Shown: positions 36,810-49,573, numbered from the whole stretch's first letter. The stretch is 63,546 nt of DNA, filler included, from 13 parts of 13 records of this genome joined end to end with filler, not necessarily neighbours in it; one strand, 5' to 3'. The notes: generated by a model not told the origin, from the sequence alone. A program made the numbers and translations.

Positions 36810-37277
36810 ATGTGGCCCCGGCGGGTGGCACTGGTGGCGGTAGCTGGGGGCGGCGCGTGGCTCCCGGGATTGCGCGACCGGCTGCGCTGCGACGCCCCAG
36901 GCACAGCTGAGCCACCGGAGCCGCCAGCTCGCGACGATGCCGCACCCACCGGCGCCGTCCCACCGACAGCCAAAGGGGTAGGGCCGTCCTCGTCGGCCAG
37001 CAACCGGGAGAGCTGGGTGCTGCGGGAGGGGCTCAAGCAGGTGTACAACGGACACATCCGGCCGCTCGAGACCCGATCGCTGTTCGCCGAGTGGCAGAGC
37101 AAGCCGTTGCAGGCCTCGGACTTCGAATCCAAGCCTAACGTCTTGGTGCTCGGGCAGTACTCGGTAGGCAAGACCAGCTCGCTCCGGTACCTGCTCGGGC
37201 AGGACTTTGCCTCGATGCGGATCGGACCGGAGCCTACCACAGACAACTGGACGGTGGTTTTGCATGGGAGGGACGAC
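36810..37277 (+). CDS. EHD/sarcalumenin-like dynamin-family P-loop protein, 5' fragment
   Basis: LKQVYNGHIRPLE, KPNVLVLGQYSVGKTS and RIGPEPTTD. Confidence 0.85.
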
Positions 37278-37377
37278 NNNNNNNNNNNNNNNNNNNNNNN
37301 NNNNNNNNNNNNNNNNNNNNNTTAATTAATTAANNNNNNNNNNNNNNNNNNNNNNNNNNNNNNNNNNNNNNNNNNNN

Positions 37378-39339
37378 TCCCTTCATTGGGTCCTTCTGCT
37401 TCTTGGCTCCCGCCTTGAGGATCTCATCCACCAGCAACAGCTGGTTTGCAATCACAGGTGCCGAAGCCAGCATGTGCCGCTTTGAGATGTAAGTGTCCAG
37501 AATGCCGTTTGCGACTGGATCTAAGACCTCGCCCGAATTAACGTCAAATCCCACAGGGACCTCCGGATGAGCCCGGACCTGCCACACAGTCGGCCCGAGC
37601 CTGAGGCCTTGCTCACCTGCTCCTGCAGCTTGATGATAGAGTCCTGCACGTCGTACCCAGAGTTCTCGGAGATCGCCTTGGGAATTACCAGCATCGCTTC
37701 GGCGAACGACTGCACGCCCAGCTTGGCCCGGCCCTGCAGCACCGCTGGTCAAGAGTGCCTGGTGGCCCGGGGCACCTCGGCTTTATCCAGGTTGTCCAAT
37801 AGGTACTTTGAGCAGCCGACCTCGAACGAGCCGGCCCCGGCCACCACTGTGCCGTGTTCTATCGTGTTTTTGACCGTGCGCAGCCCGTCCTTGATCGCAC
37901 TGTTCACCAGAGAGATGGTGTAGTTGTTCGGACCACGGACCAGGATCGTGCACGCATGTGGGTTCTTGACCTTCTCGAGGAAGGTGTACTTCTCGTCCCC
38001 GAGCTGGGTCTCGTACAGCAGCCCGGCCTCGCCCAGGCAGTCTGCGTTGAGGTCCTTGTACGAGTTCACACAGGTGGCTCCGCAGATCAAGTTGAGCCGC
38101 TCCATGTTCCTGCGCTTGGCCCGCCGGAGCGCCATGATGCCCTCCCGCGCAAACATGTCGAGCGAGAGCGGGTCGATCCCGAGCAGATTGATCACCACAA
38201 AGTTCTTGTCAGTCCCCTCACACACCTGCTGCCCGATGAGTGGCGCGCCCGGCCGTGTTGCGCGCCTTCTTCTTGAGCGCTATCACGTGCTCGACGCAGG
38301 TGTTGACCACTTGCCGCTCGGCCTGGATCTGGCTCTCGCGCTGATCGGCTGTGTTGTAGTACCAGGCCGAGTTGACCTCGCTGCGCACACACCGCTCAGC
38401 AAGTCGGTGAGGGCGGCACGCACGTCTTCTCATACTCCATCTCCAGACTGCAGGTGAAGATGAACGCGTTCTCCACGCGGGTGGGCATGTCCGGATGCCG
38501 CGGGCCGTGGTCGAGCACCAGCCCCCGCACCAGCTTGGTGTCAATCCCTAGTCGGTGCTTGAGCGCTTGCATCTCAACCATGTGAGCGTCAATCGGGATG
38601 CCCTCTTGCCGGATCGTCAAGATCGCGTCGACCACGATGTCTGTCAGCAGGTTGCACAGCTCCGGCGAAACCTGCACCGGCCAGCTCGCCCGGCAGCGGC
38701 GGGTGGCAGCAGACCTTGGTCTGCAGTGTTGTCCTTGCCACCGACAGGAGCAGCTCTCTGTCTTCGCAGTCGCGCTCCATCTTCACCTGATCGAGGTACT
38801 CGAGCGCCAGCGCCTTGGCCACGTCGAAGCCGTCGGCGATCAGCCGCGGGTGCACCCCCTCGGTCAGGTAGCGCTGGGCCTGCTTGAGGAGCTCCCCGAT
38901 AAAGACCACGCACGAGGAGGTCCCGTCGCCCACCACGTCGTCCTGGGCCACCGCGGCCCGGCTAATCAGCTGCGCTGTCGGGTGCTGGATTTGCTGCCCC
39001 GCGGATGAGGCACGGTCGGGGCAGGGGCGATACCATCGAGGCCAGCAGGTGGCTCCCATCCTTGGTGAGCGTGATCTCGCCCGCACCGTCGACCAGCCTG
39101 CCCGAACGCCTCAACGATACTGGACCGGCCGCCGGGCGATTACATCTTCATGGTGCCGGTCGGCCCGATGTTGGATCGCATCACGCTGGCAAGCCCCTGG
39201 GCTGCCGCGCTATTGATTGCGAGTGCCTGTCCCTTGTTGGTGACAGCATCCGCGTTCGGGTTGACCATCTGGCCGTGCAACACACGCGCGTCAGAATTCC
39301 ACGCGCCTGCCAGCCCCCCACCTGCAGAGCGGACTTCAT
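37378..39339 (-). CDS. CCT6: T-complex protein 1 subunit zeta, 9 exons; stop lost at contig edge
   Basis: Spliced [64 protein letters not shown] and QLLLVDEI. Confidence 0.95.
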
Positions 39340-39949
39340 CTTTGGCCGCGACTTTGCTCTGTGCTGCGGTGTGGTGCCCCGGTTTCTCGAGCCCGGCCGA
39401 GTTGCTTCTATCTTGAGCTCGTTCTGACGACGACGTTGTTTTTGCAGTGCAGCTGCACTCCGGCCGGCTCGTCGATTCCGTCGATTCAGTTGTGCCTTCA
39501 GATGGCATTTGTTGGCGTACGTACACTGAATGGCTTGAGGCGGCTCTCAGTCTGCTCTGTGACGGTTTCAACCCCTGGCTACCCGATAACTACCATTTTT
39601 GGCGATCTGGCATTGAGATATTATTGTTGCGTTGTTGCTGCGTACGCGTTGCTGCCGCCACTATGCCGCCACAACACGGAGCTTCGTCCGCAACACTCGT
39701 ACAACACTCGCACGCTTTGACGACAAGGACGGGTGCAGTACCTAGTAGTAGGCTTAATGAGTTAATGTACACTGCCCTTAGTATCTAGCATGGTATCTAG
39801 ACTACCCTACCGGTAGACACGATCAGTCTAAACACTTTAGAAAGTGGCCAGCGGGCCAGCATGGTGGCCAGACTTTTGGCGAGAATTGGCTGGCGTAATA
39901 GTCTAATAGTGCCGAGGGCCCAACCGGCCCGACGTCCAGCGGGGCGGCG

Positions 39950-41578
39950 TCACAGGCTGTCGAGCGGCCGGTCGGCGTACTCGACGGCCTTTTGGGCCCC
40001 CCACCAGGTGACAAACCACGGCCAAAACAGCACCCGGAGCAGCGACGAGCGGCCCCATTTGAACTTGATGAACCCGCAGACCAAGTAGAGAAGCACGCTG
40101 CAGCCCAGCTTCCACTTGTTCTGGTATGCCACGATCAGCCACGAGTTGATATTAGCCTTCCGCAGCGACCGCTGCTTGGCCCAGCTGCGGCCCGCCGCTC
40201 GGGCATGGCCAGTCGGGCGGGCGCACCTATGCAGGCTGGGCGGCAGGCAGGTGGGCGGCGGTTCCGAGACCCACCTGCAGCCAGGTGAGCCAATGGTTTG
40301 GCAGTGGCAAGCACTTGGCCAGGTGGACGGCGATCTGATGGACCCACTGCTCGCCTTTGGCGTCGTTGTGCAGCTCGTGGCAGCCACCGTTGATGATCAT
40401 CAGCCTCTTGGACTCGATCTTTATCGCTTGCCAGAACTCCTCCGTGGCCCGGTGAGACGCAAACATGTCATCGTCCCCGTGAAGCATCAGAATCGGCACC
40501 GATATCTGGCTCGGGTCGCTGCACACGAGCTCGGCGCACGTGAGCACTTCGTGCGCTAGCTGCACCTGCGTCCCGGCTGGCAAAAGAGCCACGTGCCAGC
40601 CACCGTGATGAAATGCTGCCAGAGAGGGTCTGCCATCAGCTGCAACGGCACTGAGCCCGGCCGGCCCGGCCGGCGGACCTGAACGTTTTGCTGGTGTGAG
40701 TCGCACACGGCGAATGGGTCGAGCACGCTCACCTGCAAGTCGAATAATCAAATAATAATAATTGGATCACTCGAGCACCTGAAAGTCATCAAGCGCCCCG
40801 AACATCGAGCGCATCAGCCAGCGCTTCCACCAGGGCACCTGCCCGCGGATCGCGCCGGCGCTGGCCATTGCCGGTGCCACCTGGCGGACAGTGCGGAGGA
40901 GTGGGGAGCTGCAGACTATCCCGTCTACTTGGGCCCCGTTTAACATCACATAGCAGAGCGCGACCAGCCCACCCAGGCAGTGCCCGTACAGAAAGCACGG
41001 AACCGACTGATCGACCATCTTGTGCATCAGCCGGACGTCCGATATCAGCGAGGCCATGTCCCCGTCCCCCCGCACCTACCCCCGCCGGTCGGCTGGTCCC
41101 ACCCGCCCGGCACCCCGCCCGACTGGCCGTGCCCCCTGAAGTCGAACGAGTGTACCACCGCCCCGGCCTCCCGGGCCAGCTTGGCGGCCACCTGCCCGGC
41201 CAGCTCCGGGGGGCTCGGGCGGCCGGGCGCCTTGACTAGCCGGCCGGAGTGCCCTCCGAGCCCGTGCAGCATGAGCACCGAGCACCTGGGCCGGGGCTTG
41301 CTCTTGCAACGGATCCGGCGGTAGTAGAGCGGGGTGCCGTCCTCGGCCGACAGGTGCTCGGCGTGCTCCTCCACCGGGTCGGTGGCGTCCAGACCAGCGC
41401 TTCGGGGGCTCGAGCTGCCCAGGAGGGAAGGGCTCTGGCTGGGCGAGAGCTTGAGCGGCTTGCAGGCGGGCGGGACCGGGAACGGGTTGGAGCCGAACGG
41501 CATGGGTGAGTCCGGCCCGCTCGAGCTGAGCTGGAGCATGTCGAGCGAGTGGCTCTTGCTCCGCGTCGGCGCTTGCAT
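39950..41578 (-). CDS. Monoacylglycerol lipase-like alpha/beta hydrolase (Hydrolase_4) with C-terminal TM; Cys at the nucleophile position
   Basis: HGLGGHSGR, FDFRGHGQSGG, GHCLGG, LMLHGDDD and GGCHELHND. Confidence 0.8.
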
Positions 41579-42029
41579 GGTGGCCGAAAGGTCCGCGATG
41601 AGAGAAATGTGATGAGAGACAGCGAGATCGCGATTCAGGACTGCGGGTGGTCAGATATTGCACACCGCGTACCGGTACAGTCTGGCACGTGTTGAGCTGA
41701 GTAGCCAATTAAATCTATAATTGGCAGCACCCTTATGGTGCATTAAAAGTTATAATTGGCAAGCTCAAGACTGAGGACTCCTCCAGGCCAAGTCAACGAG
41801 TCAAGTATCAAGACGACACCATAGACGACAGACCGGTCCCGTCGTCCCGTTGGCAGTTATCGCCGCCGGATCGCTCCCGGCCGGCGCTCCCTGGCCTCTA
41901 ACCCATCCAATTCCATCCCATTCAGTTCCAGAGCGAGCTCGGCGGCTCGGCCTACATGCTGAGCAACCCTCTGAAACGCTGAAAGATCTGCCCAGGAGGG
42001 ATCCGACTCGTCCAGATCTTGGGAGTGAG

Positions 42030-43769
42030 ATGCCAAGCCCCTGCAGGGTCGCTGTGGCGGTGCTACTCGCGGTGGCGTGCTGCCAGCGGGCGTATGCCGA
42101 GGCTGGACCTGGGGAAGAAGGTGCCACCGACCCACCCCGCCGGCTGCCCGGCTGACTGGCCGGTGCCAGAGCCGGATGACAACCGGCCGGTCGATGAAGC
42201 GTACATGGAGCATGGTGCCTGCCCCGGGGACTGCCCGTGCTGATATGGTGCCCCTGTGGCCAGTGCAATCCATCTTCAGCGCCATTATGGAAGGCCAAGG
42301 CCAGGTGGGCTCGGCTCAGGGCCCCGGGGCTGAGCCCAAATCTCAGGGCTCGTTCTCGGACCTCAACCCTCAAGCGGTGGACGTGCACACCATCTTGCCC
42401 CGGATCCCGGCGCTGAAGGTCCAACGCCCATTAGTGTGCCCCCGGGCCGATGCTGACGTTGGTATGCCCCCGCAGCTCGGTATGAACGCCATGGGCCACA
42501 AAATGCTGCACGTGCACAGCGACGAAAGAGGCGACAACGACAAGTGGTCCTCCGAGATCCTTTCGAGCGGCTTCACAGCAGGATTTGCCCTGACTGATCG
42601 TGTCAAGGGTCTACAAAAGGGCGACGGGAAGCCTGGCACCCAATGGCTCATGTACTCACAGGCCAAAGCATACCGCCTCAAGGTCGCTGCGGTGGGCTGA
42701 AAGCATGCTGACAAACTGTTGCAGGACGAAGGTGTGGGCGATATCGTCCTGGTCAAGGACGGCTCCATGACCCTCCAGGGGAATAAGGGAGCAGCATCCG
42801 AAAAGCCGAGGTTGACTATTTCTGGCGGCAAAACCAGTGTGCCACGGGTGACACTTGTATCAAAGACTGGGGGAGTCTCCTCATTCGTGTCCATGTACAA
42901 CCGTTATGGAAAGTTTGGGATCTTTTCAGGTCCGAGCGATCAGTCGATCTTCCATCTGACGGCAGATGGGTCCGAGGTGGCCTTCAGAAGGGCTTGGTGT
43001 CTAAATTGGTGTTGTGTGGCAGATGGCTCTGGTGTCTGGCAATGTGCAGCCCCACCTTCTTGTGGAATCCACTGCCAAAGCTTCATCGCAGGAGGTATGG
43101 CTGCGAGGAGAGAAGTCGCAGATGAATTTGTATCACAAAGCAGGCTCTTTTGGCATGTGCCATCAAAAGACAACACCAGATGCACAGTGTAAATCATTCC
43201 TTCAAGTCACTGGCGATGGCCAAAAGTGGAATTTGGCCTCGCAAACCGATCGTATTGGCGTGAAAATTTCCCACTCCATCAAGGGTGGGACTGCAGACCT
43301 TGAGCTTGTGAGCTTGGATAAAGTCGGAACTGTGACAAGCACGACGCTGATGAACAAGGCAGCCACCTTTGCAATCAAAACTAAGGTGGGCACCACGAGC
43401 ACCGACGTCTTCGAAGTTTCTAAGACCGGCGACGGGACATTCCATGGTAAGCTGGATGTGAAGGGGCAAACAACCATGCACAACAATGTTCACGTAAAAG
43501 GAGACATCCTTGTGTCTGGAGTCGTGACAATGTCAGGTGGCGGCGGCGAGAAGACCTCCTTAGCTGATGCCCTCGCCAAGATGGAGCATCTTGAGCGTGA
43601 TAACAAAGAGCTGCGCAGATCACAGGAAGACCTTGTCCAAGAAATGAGCGATGTGCGCAACGACTTGCGCTCTGCAGAGGTGGAGCGTGACACTATGAAA
43701 AATCAGATGCAATCAATGCTGCGTACTCTTCAGATGATGAAGGAGATGCAAGAGATGTCTACTCACTAG
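42030..43769 (+). CDS. Secreted beta-repeat fibre-like protein with C-terminal coiled coil
   Basis: Signal peptide; about four beta-rich repeats; GDGTFHGKLDVKGQTTMHNNVHVKGDILVSG; heptad-rich tail; about 40-nt introns. Confidence 0.55.
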
Positions 43770-44091
43770 CAAGGGTGAACCTTAAAGTCTGACAAGAGTT
43801 TGAGCCATACAGTTGGCTAAGTTGACTATGATATGATTGTCGTTGTAGTCGTGCGCAGGCTTAATCAAGGCCGAATTAATTATGAGTAGAAATCACTTAA
43901 AAATGAAATAGATGCATTTATCTCAATTAAGGTACTGACATGAACTACGTACTGGCATGTACATGTAATTGTTATCTGTTTACTATTATCTAGATTGTGG
44001 AACATTGAATATTTGGTCTAGCTGTAGTCTTAGAGCCCACCCGTGGCTAGGCTTGGACTAGTCTTAACTAGATTTCATGCTGCATCTCGGC

Positions 44092-45656
44092 TTAGAACTC
44101 TACTGCTCTCCTGCAGCCCCACCGTGCCGTCCTTTTTTTAGCGACAGTAACTTTCCAGCGACACCAATTGCTGTTAGTGAAGCCTTCACATTCCGACCCT
44201 GCACAGCGATCAGATATCAACAGAGGGCAGGACCCTGACCTGGTCCTTCTTTGGTACGGCCCGATCCAGCACCTTCCCGAAGTACTCCACACGATGCCGC
44301 ATCTTTGAGGTTGTATACTGCTTGGCTGCCTGCACCGCTAAAGTCAAGACCAGCTGACCAGGTCAATTGCACCTTAATGTGAAACGAGAGCAGGTTTCGC
44401 CAATTGTGCGCCTGCCAGACGCCCACTCTCAGCGGTCATAAGCCGGGCGTTCACCTGTAGCACAGCATGGTCTATCTTGTTGCCCGCAACATTGTGCACA
44501 AAGTAGGTCGCAACCGACCAACCGATTTGCGCATCCTCGGAACCAATTTCTGCAGCGCACGGGTCAGATCTGGACGTGCGGTTCGGCCTGAGCTGACCGG
44601 CTGGTGCCGTGTCTGAGAAGGCCACTTGGGGCGCGGAAGCCCCATACTTGGCCGTGTTGACAAACCCCTGAAGCATCAGCTTTGCGATCACCCTGCAGCG
44701 ATAATCAGCCAGGCCGGCTGGCGGCAGCGCACATCGATTCCTGGTCGAGGAAAGCCAGGGAGTATGCGACGATAACCTTGTCGGCGGCGTTGATCACCCA
44801 GTAACTCTGCCAGGATCGATTATACAGCATCGCCGCGCTGGCAATCACCTCGTCCGGTCGACTGAGCACCTTCACTGGCGCTGATGGCTCCATTTGCCCT
44901 GCCACAACGGTGGGCTGGTGCACAGGTTGGTGCGGGCCGCGAGGCTAGTCGGAGGGTGGGGTGGGTGTCGGGCTTACCTTTGGGGCCGGCAGCGTCAAGT
45001 CTGCCAAAATGGTGGTAGAGTGTCGCACCCTGTTGCCCGTGCGTCAGACCAGACCAGCCAGGTCGCACGCACCGACACTGTGCACGCTAGCCGCGCCACC
45101 CGCATCGCGAACTCCTCTGGACGCCGCAGCCCGCTCAGCAGGCCGGGGCGCGGGTCTGGTGCCTGCCGGCTGCGGGGGGGGCGCGTCGATATTAAACTGG
45201 ACCGAAACGTCGAATCCGGAGACTGGGTCGACCATCAGATCGGAGTAACGCTCCTCCAGGATCTGCGCGCACCGGTCGCAACCTCTACGCCGGGCGAGGG
45301 CACACCTCCGACACCCCGACCTGTTTGTTCAGCCCTGGTACCTTCACCGACACGCGCATCGTGTCCTGCGCGCGGCTCGCCCCGAGGCCACCAGCAGCCG
45401 CGGGCCGCACCGGGATCTCGGCACTGTCCAGGTACTGGACGGCCCAGGTAGTGCCGCCGAAGTCGCTGTACAGCTGGTCGCCGCGGGCCCGGTGCTTGTG
45501 CGGCTCTGCCAGCCGGCAGCTGTCAGCGCGGCAGGCGAGACGGAGAGCACCACTGTTGAGGGCGTAGAGCACCGCATCGTACACCAACCGGTTGTGCGAC
45601 TCCAGCACAGAGTCCTGCCCCCCCGTCTCTCTCCCGGGAAGCTGAAGCTTCACCAT
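44092..45656 (-). CDS. ARPC2: Arp2/3 complex subunit 2 (p34-Arc), divergent; end approximate
   Basis: LESHNRLV, YSDFGG, VDPVSGFDVSV, DKVIVAYSLAF, IAKLMLQGF, APQVAFS, NWRNLLSFHIK and KVLDRAVP align with ARPC2 motifs. Confidence 0.75.
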
Positions 45657-45792
45657 TGCCGTTGTCGGTGTGATTGCCGTGAAGGGAGTACTNNNNNNNN
45701 NNNNNNNNNNNNNNNNNNNNNNNNNNNNNNNNNNNNTTAATTAATTAANNNNNNNNNNNNNNNNNNNNNNNNNNNNNNNNNNNNNNNNNNNN

Positions 45793-48700
45793 CATCATAG
45801 GCAGTCCTCTGATTGTGTGCACACAAGTTCAACGTCCTGGAGAGGGACGGCAGGGTAACAGACGACCGTAGGCTGCCACTTAGTAACAAGTTAGAGTTGT
45901 CTCCGGAGAGCGAGTTGCCGTTCACACAGCCAAGAATGCTGGAGGGACAGCTTACTTCTAGCTGATGTGGCGAATGAAGCGGCAACGATACCGCTGGGTG
46001 CCTATCGATGACTTGTACTGGGGTCTGAACTTGTGCCTGCGGTGGAACTGTGTGGTGCGAAAGCATCAACGCAGTGGTGAATGCTGCCATCAGCCCTGAT
46101 GCAGATACAGTATGTCCAAACACCGCCTTGTGCCCAGATAATATCAGGGGGGTCGGGCGGCCGGGCAGACAGAGGACTTGTAGGACCTGCCATGCCAAAG
46201 TCAGAGTCAGGGACAAATATCACTCACCGCTCGGACTTCGGGGATATCTGCAGCTGGATTCCCCACTGAGTGCAGATGGGCGACTGAAACTTGATCGACT
46301 GCCATGCCCATGGCACGTTCAGCGACACTGGAAATAGTTGTCTCGCAGGGTACTCCAGAAGGCAGTCTGGCGGTTGTGCGACTATTAGCCCAACCAACAA
46401 GACCTGCATAGCACTGCACTGGATCAGCGCATACTTCCAATACAACCGCTCCACAACCTTCTCCCATGATCATGCCGTCTGCAGAGACATCCAACGGACG
46501 CAGATTACCGCTGCGCGAGAGCATGCCTGCCTGGAGCAGGTGTGCCTGCAGGTCAGCATTGATGCTGAGCCCGGCCCCACCAACCACACAGCCACTGGCT
46601 TTGGAGTCACGTAGCGTTTGTGCAGCTTGACAAAGCGCTAGATAACCCGAAGCACAGGTTACGTCGTAGTTCCCATGTGGACCAAACAAGTTGAGCCTAT
46701 TCGCAAGCCACCATGAAATTTTCCAAGAAGACATCCGCATCAACATGCGTTCAGGCTCTATGGCCGAAAACAACGCCCAGTCTTCTTTGCATTGCGCAGA
46801 CGCAGCGTCGAGAAGTGCTTCCTCCATGAGGCTGCCTGTGAACCGCAGGTGATAATCAGTTTGCTCTCGACCATGATGCATCTTCATGTCAGCCAGGCAA
46901 ATGAACCCCCCCGGAGGACAGTGTCGCATGCGTGCATTCACACATGCACGCGCCCAACGCGTAGGCAAGTTGGTACGCCTGAAAGTGACCCAACCACTCA
47001 AAACAGCGTGCCAAAGCTGTGCAACACTCGAGACCTCTCCAGGCAATCTGCAACTCATCCCAGTGACGGCTATTTCAGTGGGCCAATCAGTAGTGTGTTG
47101 TGCCATCGGTAGTACTGGCACGTGCATAGGGCTACTCCCAGCGGCATAGACGAGGTACATGTCTCTACACGCTGGATCTGGCTCAATCGCAGTAAGAACA
47201 CAGTAAGCCTCAATGAGGTCCTTCACCTCGGCCAAACGGCGGTCGCCCTGCACCTCTACAACCAGGTTACGTACCAGTGGCCAATGGCGCGGCTCGATCC
47301 CTCGGAGCACGTCCAACTCAGCCCTCTCAACATCGACCTTTAAAAGGTCAATACACCGCAGCTTGTACTCGTCAATCACAGATGACAACGTCCGTAGTGC
47401 ACACTGAACAGTCTCAGGCTCGAGCACTCGTGTAGCCAGTGCCCGCTGCTTTGCGGCATCCCGGCCAGGGTGCATGAAAGCATCGTACTGCCTAAATGTC
47501 TCCAAATCAGACTCTCGATCGGCATATCGCCCAGAGAGAACTGAAAGCCCGGGGTAAAAGATGAACTCTGCCCGGTCTGCTGCCTCTGCAAGTCCGCAGT
47601 TGTGATGCACCCCAGCCACCTGATAGCTCTCGCGATTCTTTGTGGACACAGCGTAAATGGCAGGAATGGGCTCAAACGAGTGCACCACCACATTACTTGC
47701 TAGCCCGGAGGCAAAAACTGAGAAGAGACCCTGATTGGCCCCCACGTCGAACACAACTCCGCCATCAGGAACCGAGGCGCCGTGCTGCAGGTAGCACCTG
47801 CGTCGGAAAATCTCCTCGAAAGTGTACTCCACCTCGCTCGGATGGTTCAGATAAAAGAAGCTGAGCGGGCAATCATGCACGCGATGAAGATTCTGCGCCC
47901 CCGGTTGAGGCCTGCTTTGTATCACAAGTGTCTCACACACGCGTTCGAAACCAGGGTTGAGTTCGGCAGCGGTTGGCAGCAAGTTCTCATCGGTAGGGGC
48001 ACAGAGATCGGGCTGTAAAGCTGCTTGAAGATGCTCTGCAAGCAGCCGCGGGGTGTCATAGTTGTACAGCGCAGTGATTCCCACCTCCGTTCCCAGCTCC
48101 GAGCCTAGCTCCTCAGCTGCACTGATCAGGTCGAAAGAATCCATCCCAAGCTGGGCAAAGCTAGTCTCCGGCCACCAGCTGCGCCCCTCAGTAATCTCGT
48201 CTAGCACCTTACTCACTGCAAGCATCGTGTCGCGCGGCGTGTGCGCCGGTGTGATCGAATTGCCAGACGGATCGAGCTGATACTGCACCAGCGCGCCGAT
48301 CCCTGCATTTTGCACGTCCTCAGGTCGGTATCCCATCACCAGCTGGTGAAAAATGGCGCCGCGTGCGGTGTGGAACTGAATCCCAGGGTCGCCCGACGCG
48401 ATGTGCCGGTGCATCGCAGCAGCCACGTCCTCGCACGCACCGCACTCAAACGCCCTGCAGCGTGTCACTGCAGCAATTGTCTGGATCTCACACTGGCGGG
48501 CTGCGCTGAAGGCATGGTCTAGCAGCAGGCTGCCTGCACCAGCCGGCAGGCCTGGAGCCACTTGAATCCCCACCAGCTGGAGCACAGCTCCGTCATGCCG
48601 CTGCAGCGACCCCAACCCAGCGTACTGTGCCGCCGCGAGCAGCTCCAGCGACCCCACGCGCTGGGTGTACAGGCAACCGACCAGCCCGGCCGGGCCCACC

Positions 48701-48919
48701 AGCCCGAACTGCCACCCGGGGCTGCGCTGGACCCGGCCGAGCAGCACCGGGCCCGGCTGGCGCATCCTGACCGGCCAGGCCAGCTCCAGCTGCTCCAGCC
48801 GCTCGGCCAAGTTGGCATCGGACATGTCCTGCCGCAGCGCCCCCAGCGTGCGCACCTCGAGCGCAGGACTGGTCGGGCCAGTGTTCCCCTCAACGTTCGA
48901 TGCTGGCGTGTGCTTAGAA
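45793..48919 (-). CDS. Type I polyketide synthase fragment: GNAT-like decarboxylase, ACP, FkbM methyltransferase, ketosynthase; intron 46187-46227; open at both contig ends
   Basis: GNAT AVTRCR, QFHTARGA, YRPEDVQNAGIG; ACP LGMDSFDL; FkbM FDVGANQGLF, FEPIP, IDLLKVDVERAE; KS IAVTGMSCRLPG, DVTCASG, DGMIMGEGCG, GHKAVFGHT. Confidence 0.9.
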
Positions 48920-49071
48920 NNNNNNNNNNNNNNNNNNNNNNNNNNNNNNNNNNNNNNNNNNNNTTAATTAATTAANNNNNNNNNNNNNNNNNNNNNNNNN
49001 NNNNNNNNNNNNNNNNNNNGGGGGGGGGGGGGGGGGGGGGGGGGCAGGGCGTTGCGGTTCCTAAATTCAAG

Positions 49072-49284
49072 TTGCCGGTGGACTTCCTGTACGCGCAGGC
49101 GACCTCACCGGGCATGGAAGCGTTCGTTGGCTGTCCGAATAACATGTCGTGGTGGAGTTACTTAGTATACCGCGCGCTACTGGAGCGAGGCGCCACTACT
49201 AACATCGTGGAGGTATTGAATGACGCCTCCAAGCAATTTGTAAAACAACTACCGTCTGTACAACAGCTGCAGGTGGGAGCTTAA
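49072..49284 (+). CDS. C-terminal exon of an unidentified gene
   Basis: DFLYAQATSPG..AF...SWW resembles the caspase/metacaspase-like small-subunit motif; weak. Confidence 0.3.
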   Translation: MPVDFLYAQATSPGMEAFVGCPNNMSWWSYLVYRALLERGATTNIVEVLNDASKQFVKQLPSVQQLQVGA

Positions 49285-49573
49285 GCTGAGCGTTTTTTGG
49301 GGGTTACTGGTTGGTTGGATGGCAGGTCAAGCCACGCATCGAAAGTTTCCTCAGGATGAAACTGTTCTTGAGACGAGCAGATGCATTGCAAGCTTAATTA
49401 AGTAGAAACTAACGTAATTCGTTATCGTGCGATGTGGCGACTTATGATTAAATTATGATTAAATCACGATTAAATCTCAATAGAAATTTAGTCTCTACCG
49501 ACCTATCGCCTTTCGGTTTATACGTCGCTGCTAAAAATAAGACTCCTCCCGCCACTTATAACTACTGCATAAC

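Noticed and set aside
45793-48919. PKS contig as bacterial contamination
   Set aside because: A 41-nt spliceosomal intron matching the host pattern is needed to keep the KS in frame.
49020-49044. Poly-G/poly-C runs (also about 3026, 15875, 51710 and 54062) as functional G-quadruplex elements
   Set aside because: They lie in introns or at contig ends where assembly broke; their length is unreliable and nothing else supports a function.
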